DNA of 64,000 bases from a virus (lineage: Duplodnaviria; Caudoviricetes), in the IMG/VR virus record IMGVR_UViG_3300042275_000327, positions 83,627 through 147,626 of that record. One strand, given 5' to 3'. Each line of letters opens with the position of its first letter. Within the stretch, counting starts at the first letter, position 1. The notes under the pieces were generated by a model. That model ran no database searches. It was not told the DNA's origin and worked only from the letters and a program-made list of their open reading frames with translations. Shown one piece after another: positions 40,278-49,690 of this stretch. A program made the translations under genes and the position numbers.

Positions 40278-40853
40278 ATGACAGAAATAAAAGATTTTGT
40301 AGAGAGATATGTAAAGTTTGTTGATAAGATGATTTCTTCTTATAAAAATATAGGAGATCTTATCAATGAAGATTCAGGAGAGATCACTCCTGAAAAGATA
40401 AATTCTGCTCTTGCTCTTTACTATAATACTTCTCTTGCTCTGACTGCTGAATATCAAAGACAAAAAATCAACTATGAAGCAGAATCAATTGAATTCAAAG
40501 CTTGGGAGGATAGAAGATTTGAAGAAGCAAAGAAAGCAGTATTTCAGGAATATTCTGACACAAAGATCAAACCTTCTGTAAAAGAATTTGATACAAGAAT
40601 GAGAATCATGTTTGCTGACGAATGGAAAGAGAAGACTATGTCTCTTACAGAATCAGAAGCAAGAATGAGATTTCTATTGAGACTCTCTGACAATCTTCAG
40701 AAATATGATAATATTCTCACAACAATATCTTACAATATGAGAGCAGAAATGAAGTCTCTGTCTTTGGATTCTAGAATGAATTCTAATCCTGAAGGCGTGA
40801 CAAGAAATAAGATAAGAAGCAGATTTCCAGCACCTAGAGTAAAAGAGGAATAG
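40278..40853 (+). CDS. Helical hypothetical protein (possibly UvsY-like)
   Basis: 191-aa coiled-coil-rich ORF. Confidence 0.45.
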   Translation: MTEIKDFVERYVKFVDKMISSYKNIGDLINEDSGEITPEKINSALALYYNTSLALTAEYQRQKINYEAESIEFKAWEDRRFEEAKKAVFQEYSDTKIKPSVKEFDTRMRIMFADEWKEKTMSLTESEARMRFLLRLSDNLQKYDNILTTISYNMRAEMKSLSLDSRMNSNPEGVTRNKIRSRFPAPRVKEE

Positions 40854-40857
40854 AAAA

Positions 40858-42780
40858 ATGAATAGAAAAATTTTGTTAGAAAACCAGATTAAGAGATACA
40901 ATTATGAATATTATGTTCTTGGAGAATCATCAATATCAGATGTTCAATTTGACAAGCTATATGATGAATTGAAAGAAGAATTTCCAGAAAGTGAAGTATT
41001 GAATTCTGTTGGAAATGATATGAAAAATGGATTTCCAAAAGCAGAGCATCTAATGGTCATGGGAAGTCAAGAAAAGATAAAGTCCGAGAAACAGCTTTCT
41101 GACTGGGTAGAAAGAAAGAATATACAATTTCCTGTGATCCTTGAATGGAAGTATGATGGAATATCAATTGAGCTTCAATATGAAAACGGAGCTTTTGTCA
41201 GTGCTGTCACTAGAGGAGATTCAAGAATAGGAGATGAAATTTCTCATAATGTAAAGAAGATGCATGGAGTTCCAATGACTTTGGAAGATCTTTGTTTTAC
41301 TGGATCTGTTAGAGGAGAAATTGTACTATCTAGACATGTTTTCAAAGAAAAGTATGCAGATGATTTTGCTAATCCTAGAAATCTTGCTTCTGGAATGGCA
41401 AAAAGTAAAGAGGGAAAAGGATGTGAAGATCTAACTGTAATTTCTTATGATGTAAATTCTCTTTCTAGAACTTTTGATACAGAAGAAGAAAAATTCTTTT
41501 TCTTAAAGGATAATGGATTCTATCTTTTCAACTATATTGAAGCATCATCAGTTCAAGAAATTCTCAAAATTGCGGATTTTTATAGAGGACAAAGAGAGTC
41601 TTTCAATTTCTCAATTGATGGAGTTGTAATAAAGCAGAATAAGATTGATCATGAGGATATGAAGAATATTCGACCTGATACTCAGAGAGCTTTCAAGTGG
41701 GAAGATGAAGGAGAAGATACTGTTCTAAGACATGTTGAATGGTCTAGATCAGGAATAACCTATACTCCTATTGCTATCTTTGATCCTATTGAAATTGAAG
41801 GATCTACAGTTTCCAGAGCTTCTCTTGCAAATGAGAGTCTGATAAAAGATCTTAATCTTGCTATTGGAGATACTATTCTTGTCACAAAGAGAAATATGAT
41901 TATTCCTAAGATAGAAAAAGTAATTTCTAGACCTTTCAATAGAGTCCAGATTGATCCACCAACTATCTGTAGTTGCTGTGGAGACTATTTGGTTAGAGAT
42001 AATAAGAAGTTATATTGTCCTAATGAAAGTTGTCCAGGAAGGTCAGAGCATCGTATTGGAAAATGGTTGTCTCTAATGGGAATAAAAGGTTTTGGCTCTG
42101 CTCTTCAAGAACATCTATTTGATAATGGATTCCACGACATAAAAGATTTATATGATGAAGAATTGATTAAGAAAGCTTATGATGCAACAAATCTGAAAGT
42201 GAATTTCGAAAAAGCTTTCAATCAGCTTCACTCTATAAAAAAGATTTCTCTTTCTAAATTTATGGCTGGATTTGATATTGATGGTATTGGAGAAAGAATA
42301 TTTGAAAATATCATAAATTCTGGATATGACTCTCTGTCTAAGATTCTTTCTATTGCAGATACTAACGAAGAAGATCTTCTGAAGATTGAAGGGATTGGAA
42401 TAGAGCGAATCAAAGTTCTAAAAGAAAATCTCAAAAAACTTTCTTTAGCTATCATCAATACTAAAGAAGCTGTTGAGTCTGTAGGTACAAAGATAAAAGA
42501 GAAAGAAGAGAAAGAGATTTCTACATATTCTCTTGATGGAAGAAAGATTTGTGTTACAGGGAAGCTTGAGAATTTCAAACGAAAAGAAATTGAGGAATTT
42601 ATAAAGACTAATGGAGGAGTCCCAGTTTCTGGAGTCAATAAAGAAACTGATATTCTTGTGACTAATGATTCTACTTCTGGAAGTTCTAAATTGAAGAATG
42701 CAGAAAAGTTTGGCACTCAGATTATCTCAGAAAATGATCTTATTGATCTTGTGAAAGGAGAAAAGGAGAATAGGTTATGA
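40858..42780 (+). CDS. ligA: NAD-dependent DNA ligase
   Basis: EWKYDG, TRGD, VRGE, NPRN, DGVV, C4 Zn finger, C-terminal BRCT. Confidence 0.96.
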   Translation: MNRKILLENQIKRYNYEYYVLGESSISDVQFDKLYDELKEEFPESEVLNSVGNDMKNGFPKAEHLMVMGSQEKIKSEKQLSDWVERKNIQFPVILEWKYDGISIELQYENGAFVSAVTRGDSRIGDEISHNVKKMHGVPMTLEDLCFTGSVRGEIVLSRHVFKEKYADDFANPRNLASGMAKSKEGKGCEDLTVISYDVNSLSRTFDTEEEKFFFLKDNGFYLFNYIEASSVQEILKIADFYRGQRESFNFSIDGVVIKQNKIDHEDMKNIRPDTQRAFKWEDEGEDTVLRHVEWSRSGITYTPIAIFDPIEIEGSTVSRASLANESLIKDLNLAIGDTILVTKRNMIIPKIEKVISRPFNRVQIDPPTICSCCGDYLVRDNKKLYCPNESCPGRSEHRIGKWLSLMGIKGFGSALQEHLFDNGFHDIKDLYDEELIKKAYDATNLKVNFEKAFNQLHSIKKISLSKFMAGFDIDGIGERIFENIINSGYDSLSKILSIADTNEEDLLKIEGIGIERIKVLKENLKKLSLAIINTKEAVESVGTKIKEKEEKEISTYSLDGRKICVTGKLENFKRKEIEEFIKTNGGVPVSGVNKETDILVTNDSTSGSSKLKNAEKFGTQIISENDLIDLVKGEKENRL

Positions 42781-43625
42781 ATGAACCTGTCAAAATTATT
42801 GCTGAAGCGGGACTGAATCATAATGGAGATATTGACAAAGCAAAGAGATTAATTGATATTGCTTCTGTTGCAGGTTGTAACTATGTTAAGTTCCAAAAAA
42901 GAAATCCTGATCTATGTGTTCCAGAAGAGCAAAAGAATATTTCAAAAAAAGTCCCATGGCGAGAAGAGGAAACTACTTATCTTCAGTACAAGAAAGATAT
43001 TGAATTTTCAATTGATGAATATCAGTATCTTTACAATTATGCATTATCTAGAGGAATGATTCTTTTTGCTTCTATTTGGGATATTGAATCTGCAGAAGAA
43101 ATGAGTAAACTTACAGACATTGTAAAGATTCCTTCTGCTCTTGTGACTGATCTAGAACTTTTAGAATTCTGTAGTACAAAATTTGACTATAAGATATTAA
43201 GTACAGGAATGAGTTGGGAATCTGAAATAAGAGAAGCTGTCAAAATTTTTGGTCCTGATGTAATTATGCATACTGATTCTGAATATCCTTCAAAAGTAGA
43301 AAATCTGAGGTTAGAATATATAAAGCATCTAAACAAATTATATTACTCTACAGAAATTGGATATAGCAATCATTTTTATGGTCTTACACCATGTTTTGCT
43401 GCTGTGGCTCTTGGAGCAACTTGGATAGAAGTTCATATTTGTGAAGATCATAGAGATTGGGGAACTGATCAGTCTTCTAGTGTAGAGCCTGCAGGACTGA
43501 TCAAACTTGTTAGAGGAATAAGAGATCTAGAACTTGCTTTGAAAGGAGATAGATTTAGAGAACCAACAGAGGCAGAACTTAAAAAAAGAAAAATTCTTAA
43601 AAATAATAAAAAAGGGGTTTACTAA
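42777..43625 (+). CDS. neuB: NeuB/SpsE-family nonulosonic acid synthase (no SAF domain)
   Basis: IAEAGLNHNGD, VKFQKR, KIPS, LSTGMS, GYSNH, IEVH. Confidence 0.9.
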   Translation: MNEPVKIIAEAGLNHNGDIDKAKRLIDIASVAGCNYVKFQKRNPDLCVPEEQKNISKKVPWREEETTYLQYKKDIEFSIDEYQYLYNYALSRGMILFASIWDIESAEEMSKLTDIVKIPSALVTDLELLEFCSTKFDYKILSTGMSWESEIREAVKIFGPDVIMHTDSEYPSKVENLRLEYIKHLNKLYYSTEIGYSNHFYGLTPCFAAVALGATWIEVHICEDHRDWGTDQSSSVEPAGLIKLVRGIRDLELALKGDRFREPTEAELKKRKILKNNKKGVY

Positions 43626-43658
43626 ATGTTCTATATAGTATAATATATTAATGTAAGG
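43618..43658 (+). promoter_or_regulatory. Sigma70-like early promoter
   Basis: TTTACT-17nt-TAATAT-ATTAATGTAAGG; matches the element at 5990-6030. Confidence 0.7.
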
Positions 43659-43679
43659 TAATTCAAAGGAGATCCAAAA

Positions 43680-43976
43680 ATGGAAAACAAAAATCAGAAG
43701 TTAGCAAAAATGTGGGCAAACGAAGCTCTTCAGGAGATGATCTGGGCATATGAGAATTCTCTAGAAGACTATGGTCCTGAGGAAGAAGACTATCAGATTG
43801 CAGTAGAAGTTCTTAGTCTTCCTCTTGATCAGATGGTAAAAATGGTTGCTGACGAAGCTCTTTCTTCAATGACAAGAGTCTGGACAGCTAACAATGGAAA
43901 GTTTGCTGGAAGAGAGTTCATTGAGAACTATATCAAAAAAGAATTGGTCAAAAACGGATATCCCAGAAAATTTTAA
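43680..43976 (+). CDS. Hypothetical (early) protein
   Basis: 98 aa, AAGGAG RBS. Confidence 0.7.
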   Translation: MENKNQKLAKMWANEALQEMIWAYENSLEDYGPEEEDYQIAVEVLSLPLDQMVKMVADEALSSMTRVWTANNGKFAGREFIENYIKKELVKNGYPRKF

Positions 43977-43989
43977 GGAGAAAACAAAA

Positions 43990-44151
43990 ATGTGTGTAAT
44001 CAAAAGAACAGATTCTGGAAAGTATTGGAGTGAATGGGAATGGATGGAAAATCCTTGGGATGCAAGAAAATACAGCCAAGAAGAGGCAGAAGCTGGAGTT
44101 GCTTTCTTTCGAACTCTAGATATTCCTTGCGAGATTGAAGTTCTGTATTAG
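43990..44151 (+). CDS. Small hypothetical protein
   Basis: Start reassigned to ATG 43990 after AAGGAG. Confidence 0.6.
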   Translation: MCVIKRTDSGKYWSEWEWMENPWDARKYSQEEAEAGVAFFRTLDIPCEIEVLY

Positions 44152-44220
44152 AAGTTTGACTGGAAGCTCTTCAAAAGAGAGCTTCTGGGTGAAGCTTTTT
44201 AAAAAAGGAGAAAAACAAAA

Positions 44221-44544
44221 ATGTTGAAAAATGTTATCTTTAATTTGAAAATGGTAGATCCTGAAACAAATCAGCCTTGGGCTGTAGTTTGTGGCTACAC
44301 AGATGATACTTTTCTAGAAGAGAACAAACCACTTGTGGTATTTTATGATGAGAGATATCCAAGTCAGCTGAAGAGAGACGAAGGAGAACCTCTTGGGCAG
44401 AAAGTATCAACCTATTATGCTAGCACTCTGATTGAGGATGATACAGATTATGCTCTTAGTCTTTATGAAGAGATAAAGGACTGGACACTCTCTAAAACAT
44501 TCATGAAAAGACTAATCTCTCTTCTTAGAAGTATACTTTATTAG
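44221..44544 (+). CDS. Hypothetical protein
   Basis: 107 aa, AAGGAG RBS. Confidence 0.7.
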   Translation: MLKNVIFNLKMVDPETNQPWAVVCGYTDDTFLEENKPLVVFYDERYPSQLKRDEGEPLGQKVSTYYASTLIEDDTDYALSLYEEIKDWTLSKTFMKRLISLLRSILY

Positions 44545-44581
44545 TTATCAAAATTATTGTTTTTGAGTACTATTTATTTAT

Positions 44582-45028
44582 ATGGACATGATAATCCTTG
44601 GCTATAAGTCTGCTCATAAATTACCAAAATCAGATTTTCCTCTTCTTTGGAAGCATCTAGAGAAGAGAGATTCTGATAGAATGTACAAAGAATATCCTGA
44701 TATGATTTCATATCTTGTATCTTTGGATGATGAGAAAAATATTACAGGAATCATAGGATTTGAACCTTGTCTTTTAGAGGATAGAAATTTTTTCTATATA
44801 TCCCCTCTTGAAGTAAGAGAAAAATTCAGAGGTCAGAAGATTGCATCTTCCTTGTTAGAAGAGATAAACAAGCTGTCAAGAAGATTCAAATTGGATGGTC
44901 TAACTCTGTTTTGTAGAGAAGATCTTGTTTTCTTCTATTCTAAAAGAGGATTCAGAATAGTTGCATCTATAGATAGAGATAACAAAAAAGAATATCTGAT
45001 GGTTAAAGAAAATATAATTGAAAAGTGA
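44582..45028 (+). CDS. GNAT acetyltransferase
   Basis: LEVREKFRGQKIAS motif A; FYSKRGF. Confidence 0.85.
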   Translation: MDMIILGYKSAHKLPKSDFPLLWKHLEKRDSDRMYKEYPDMISYLVSLDDEKNITGIIGFEPCLLEDRNFFYISPLEVREKFRGQKIASSLLEEINKLSRRFKLDGLTLFCREDLVFFYSKRGFRIVASIDRDNKKEYLMVKENIIEK

Positions 45029-45041
45029 GTAAACTACAAAT

Positions 45042-46379
45042 ATGGAAAAAATAAGTTTTCAAGAATTCTATGATAGAGAATACAGCAATTCTGCTCTCTA
45101 TAATTGTTATCGAATGATAGGATCTGCTGTCGATGGACTAAAGCCTTCTGCAAGGAAAGTTGTCTATACAATAAGAAAGAGAAATATTACAGAACAAAAA
45201 GTCTCAAGACTTGCTCCTGCTGTAGCAGAAGAAACAGAATATCTCCATGGAGAAGCCTCTCTTCAAGGAGTAATTATCAACATGAGCCAGAATTTCGTTG
45301 GCTCAAATAATTTTTCCATATTGGAGCCAAAGGGAAATTTTGGCTCAAGGCAAATTCCAGCTTCTTCAGCTCCGAGATATATTTTCTCTAAAAAGTCAAA
45401 TTATTTTGACAAGATATTCAACAAATTAGATGATGCTATATTGTCACATCAAGAATTTGAAGGAAATGCCATTGAGCCAAAATTTTATATTCCAATTGTT
45501 CCTCTGCTTTTGATCAATGGATCTGAGGGAATGGGAACAGGATTTGCTCAGAAGATTCTTCCAAGAAATATCAAAGATATTACAAAAGCAATTCGTGAAA
45601 TTTTAGCTACAGGAGATACAAAGAATAAGTTAATACCTGATTATATTAACTATAAGGGAAAGATTCAGCCAGGATCATCTGTGGGCTCCTGGGAGATAGT
45701 TGGAACCTTTAATATAGAGAATACCACAAATATAACAATAACAGAGATTCCAATTGGTTATTCTCTATCCTCTTATACAAAAGTTTTGAATAGACTTGTA
45801 GAAGACAATATTATCAAGTCCTTTGAAGACCTTTCTGAGAATGATGAATTTCTGTTCAAGCTCAGTGTTCCAAGAACATTCACTAAATTGTCAAAAGGAG
45901 AAATCCTTGATAAACTGAAATTAATAAAGAGAGTGACAGAGAACTATACTTGTATAGACGAAAACAACAGCATAAGAGTATTTGAGTCTGCAAAAGATAT
46001 TCTAAAATATTATGTTGAAATTAGAAAAAAATTCTATGAAAAAAGAAGACTTTATCTTATTTCAAAGATTGAAAGTGATTTGTCTTTTTTGAATTCCATG
46101 AAAGAATTCATTTTTAATGTGATATCTGGTAAGATAAAAGTGAATAATATTCCAAGAAAAAAGATAGAAGAACAATTAGATACTTTTGATTCTATACTGA
46201 AAAAAGAAAATTCATATGATTATTTATTGAGGATGCCTATATATAATCTTACTGCAGAAAAAGTTGCAGATATCAAAAAACAAATAAAGGATAAGAAAGA
46301 AGAATTGAACTATTATACTAAAGCCACTAGAGAAGATTTATGGCTAGTGGATTTAGAGGAACAATTTGGAAAGAGATGA
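45042..46379 (+). CDS. Type II topoisomerase breakage-reunion subunit (gp52/GyrA-like)
   Basis: DGLKPSARK, YLHGEASL, SAPRY catalytic Tyr, NGSEGMGTG, ITEIP. Confidence 0.95.
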   Translation: MEKISFQEFYDREYSNSALYNCYRMIGSAVDGLKPSARKVVYTIRKRNITEQKVSRLAPAVAEETEYLHGEASLQGVIINMSQNFVGSNNFSILEPKGNFGSRQIPASSAPRYIFSKKSNYFDKIFNKLDDAILSHQEFEGNAIEPKFYIPIVPLLLINGSEGMGTGFAQKILPRNIKDITKAIREILATGDTKNKLIPDYINYKGKIQPGSSVGSWEIVGTFNIENTTNITITEIPIGYSLSSYTKVLNRLVEDNIIKSFEDLSENDEFLFKLSVPRTFTKLSKGEILDKLKLIKRVTENYTCIDENNSIRVFESAKDILKYYVEIRKKFYEKRRLYLISKIESDLSFLNSMKEFIFNVISGKIKVNNIPRKKIEEQLDTFDSILKKENSYDYLLRMPIYNLTAEKVADIKKQIKDKKEELNYYTKATREDLWLVDLEEQFGKR

Positions 46380-48402
46380 TTCTTATCACTTAGTAAAAGA
46401 TCTAATACAAGGAGATGAAGCTGTTTCAGCAATGAGAGAGTTTGAGTCATTGGGCTCTTCTGATATTCTTTCAGCTCTAGAAAAAATAGCTTCTGATCCA
46501 ATATTGTCTTCAAAACAGAAATATCAGATTCTTCAAGAATCCTGGAGAATCAACTACCGAGTCAAGCCTCCAACAATAGAAGAATTTCTTACATCTGATT
46601 GGATTGGACCAACAGCAGACACTTTATATCCTCATGTAAGAAAAACATTATATGAATTTTGGAAACCTGATTCTCAGTATAGACATCTGATTTTAGGTTC
46701 AGCTATAGGCACAGGAAAGTCGCAAACTTCTGCAATTTGGAGTTTGTTTATTACTGCACATCTTTGGGCAATGAGAAATCCAAAGAAATTTTTTGGTCTT
46801 GCTCAGAACTCTTCTATTGTACAAGCGTTGATCTCTTTCACAATGGAAAAAGCGGCACAGCTTCTTCTTCAGCCTTTTATTCAGATTCTCACTTCTGCTC
46901 CTAGATTCAAAAGAGTGAAACAGGAAGATCATCTAATAAAACATCAGCTAGACAATCCTGATACAATATGTTGGACTACAGCTGGTAGAATGGGATCTCT
47001 ACAATTTTATAATGACATTCACTATATCATTGCTTCTCAGCCAGCACAACTTCTTGGATTGAATATGATAACTGCTATTCTTTCTGAGATTTCTTTCTTT
47101 GTAGACAAGGGGTTTTCAACAGAGTATATCTGGAGAATCTATCAAGATTCAAAAGGACGTGTAAGATCTCGTTTTGAAGACAAATATTTTGCTGGTACTG
47201 TTCTTGATTCCTCTCCTAATGATATTGAATTGTCTCCTATAGACAAATATATATTTAATGGTGATGCTTCAAAAGATCCATCAAACTATATCATTACTGG
47301 TGCTCAATGGGAATTTCTTCCTCATAAATTCAAGAAGTGGCAAGAAACTGGAGAAACTTTTCCTGTATTCAGAGGATCTCAGGGAAAACCTGCAAAGATT
47401 CTTTATCCAGAAGAAGTTGTTAATCATAATCCTATAGAAATTTATGATGTTCCTATTGATGTCAAAAAACTATTTGAAGAAAATATCATAAAGTCTGTAA
47501 AGGACTATTGTGGTTGGCCATCTGGTTCTCAAGGGTCTCTTGTAAAAGATGATGCAATACTAGAAAGAATGTTTGATAACTCCTTGAAGAATGTATATTC
47601 AAGCATTTATGCTCCTGAGAATATGGATTCAAGACATCTTATTTGGGACACAATAAAGAATCAGTTCTTTGTAAGATTCAGTGGGGGGTATGAGTTCTAT
47701 AGAAATCCTCTTGAAAAAAGATATCTTCATGTTGACCAAGCTGAGACAGGAGATATGGCAGGAATTTCGATGGTTCATCCTGAAGTAGATAAGAAGACTG
47801 GAGATGTCATCTATGTGACAGACTTTACAATTGCAATATCTCCAGAAAAGGGAAGAATCAATCTAGATGCAATACGATATTTCATTCAAGATTTAAGAGA
47901 TCTTGGACATATTAATGTAGAGAAAGTGACATTTGACCAGTATCAGTCTTCTTCCACAATAGGATATCTAAAGAGTAAGGAGTTCAATGTTGAAAGACTT
48001 TCTGTAGACTCAGATGTAAAGCCTTATTTTGCCTATGTATCTCTTATTTCTTCTGGAAAAATCAAGTGTGGAAAGAATATTTTCTTAAAGAATAATATCA
48101 GATCTTTACAGGAAATCAGAACTGAGAGAAGTGGGAAGAAGAAAGTAGACCATACAAAAGGAAAAGTGATTTATTATGATGGTGGAGATTGGAAACAATC
48201 TAATATGGGAAAATTTGCAAAAGACGTTTCAGACTCCCATTGTGGTGCTATCTGGAATGCTATTCATTCTTTTGTAGGAGTTCCTAGATATGTTTGGGAA
48301 GATAGAGTAGAAAAACAAGTGTCTCGAAAAGAGACAATAAAAAAGAAACTATATTCAGATTTGGAGGAAAGATATGGATTTGACACAGAACAAATTGACT
48401 GA
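46366..48402 (+). CDS. terL: Terminase large subunit
   Basis: GSAIGTGKS Walker A, LSE Walker B, LHVDQAETGD, TFDQYQS, KVDH, KDVSD. Confidence 0.85.
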   Translation: MERDDSYHLVKDLIQGDEAVSAMREFESLGSSDILSALEKIASDPILSSKQKYQILQESWRINYRVKPPTIEEFLTSDWIGPTADTLYPHVRKTLYEFWKPDSQYRHLILGSAIGTGKSQTSAIWSLFITAHLWAMRNPKKFFGLAQNSSIVQALISFTMEKAAQLLLQPFIQILTSAPRFKRVKQEDHLIKHQLDNPDTICWTTAGRMGSLQFYNDIHYIIASQPAQLLGLNMITAILSEISFFVDKGFSTEYIWRIYQDSKGRVRSRFEDKYFAGTVLDSSPNDIELSPIDKYIFNGDASKDPSNYIITGAQWEFLPHKFKKWQETGETFPVFRGSQGKPAKILYPEEVVNHNPIEIYDVPIDVKKLFEENIIKSVKDYCGWPSGSQGSLVKDDAILERMFDNSLKNVYSSIYAPENMDSRHLIWDTIKNQFFVRFSGGYEFYRNPLEKRYLHVDQAETGDMAGISMVHPEVDKKTGDVIYVTDFTIAISPEKGRINLDAIRYFIQDLRDLGHINVEKVTFDQYQSSSTIGYLKSKEFNVERLSVDSDVKPYFAYVSLISSGKIKCGKNIFLKNNIRSLQEIRTERSGKKKVDHTKGKVIYYDGGDWKQSNMGKFAKDVSDSHCGAIWNAIHSFVGVPRYVWEDRVEKQVSRKETIKKKLYSDLEERYGFDTEQID

Positions 48403-48538
48403 AGAAAAAGTTGTATTCAATGGAAAAGAGACAACTGTCGAAAAATTTCAAGAAGAAAAGAAAGAGTTAGAGACTCAGAAAGGAATCAAAGTTGTAGAAG
48501 TTCAGCCTAATCAGTACAAAACAAGAATACAGGAGTAA
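48374..48538 (+). CDS. Small hypothetical protein (54 aa)
   Basis: Hand-translated MDLTQNKLTEEKVVF..; GGAGG RBS. Confidence 0.55.
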   Translation: MDLTQNKLTEEKVVFNGKETTVEKFQEEKKELETQKGIKVVEVQPNQYKTRIQE

Positions 48539-48588
48539 AAAACCTCATTTCTAGAGTATACTCTATATATAAGAAAAGAGGTGAAATA

Positions 48589-48948
48589 ATGCAATTTAGA
48601 TTCTCAAAACAAGAGAAAGATGCTTTACATCGAATACATCTTCTATCAGGTAAAAGCTATGAAGATGTAAGGGAAGTGTATGAAGGTTTTCTCTACTCAA
48701 TTGTTCTTTCTTGTCTAGAAAAAGAACCAATATATCTTCCATTCTTTGGAGAGATGGAAATTCGTTATATTAGAGATTCAATCACTGATGATGGAAGAGA
48801 AGCAGAACTAGATATCACATTTTCTCCAAACAAGTTTCTGAAAAGAATTGTTGGACAAATAGAAGATAGAGAAGAATCAGATCTGGAAAGATTCTTGAAG
48901 GACAAGATAAGAGAAAATTTAGATGATCTCCTAGATGAGAGAGAATAA
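48589..48948 (+). CDS. HU/IHF-like DNA-binding protein
   Basis: IYLPFFGEMEI..ITFSPNKFLK. Confidence 0.65.
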   Translation: MQFRFSKQEKDALHRIHLLSGKSYEDVREVYEGFLYSIVLSCLEKEPIYLPFFGEMEIRYIRDSITDDGREAELDITFSPNKFLKRIVGQIEDREESDLERFLKDKIRENLDDLLDERE

Positions 48949-49680
48949 ATGGAATCCTACTATAAAGATCTAGAGAAAAAGCTAAGAATAAGAAAATATG
49001 ATCAAGTAGAAACAGAAGATGGAACTCTATATAAAGAGACTCCTGAATGGAAGGAATATAAGAATAAGAAGAGGACACTGCATTCTCTCTCAAATTCAAA
49101 TATTCCTCCTCATGTATCTTCTCTTTCTTTAGATGATTATATTGGAAAAGATAGAGAAAAAATAGATAAACTGAAATTGTATGTAGAGAAGTTTGAAGAG
49201 AAATTTCATGCTGTTCATCTCTATTTCTGGTCTAAGGAAAATGGAACTCAGAAGACTACAACTGCCTCTATAGTTGGAAAGATGCTTTTAGAAAAAGGTT
49301 TTTCTGTTCAGTTTGTTCTGATGAGTTATCTATTGAAAGTTCTTTCAGAAGAGAAGTTCAATCCAGAGACAACAGAGCTTATTGATAAATATAGAAATTG
49401 TGATTTTTTGATTATAGATGATTCGTTTGACAAGAAAAAAGCAACAATCTATAGAAGTGGATTTCAGATTCCATTCTTGGATGAGTTCTTGAGAACTAGG
49501 CTAGAAGTGCAAAGAAAAGCTATTTGTTTTTCTTCTAATTTTTCTATTGATAGTATTGATGAAGAAGTGTTCGGAACATCTATCAAAATGTTGGTAAAAA
49601 GAAATGTTCCTGATCCTTTTCTCTTTTCTTCTTCTTTTGAGCTTAGAAATGATTTTGATATAGACGAACTTTGGAGTTAA
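48949..49680 (+). CDS. DnaC/IstB-like helicase loader
   Basis: NGTQKTT Walker A variant, LIIDD, FSSN; precedes DnaB. Confidence 0.8.
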   Translation: MESYYKDLEKKLRIRKYDQVETEDGTLYKETPEWKEYKNKKRTLHSLSNSNIPPHVSSLSLDDYIGKDREKIDKLKLYVEKFEEKFHAVHLYFWSKENGTQKTTTASIVGKMLLEKGFSVQFVLMSYLLKVLSEEKFNPETTELIDKYRNCDFLIIDDSFDKKKATIYRSGFQIPFLDEFLRTRLEVQRKAICFSSNFSIDSIDEEVFGTSIKMLVKRNVPDPFLFSSSFELRNDFDIDELWS

Positions 49681-49690
49681 AGATAAATTT

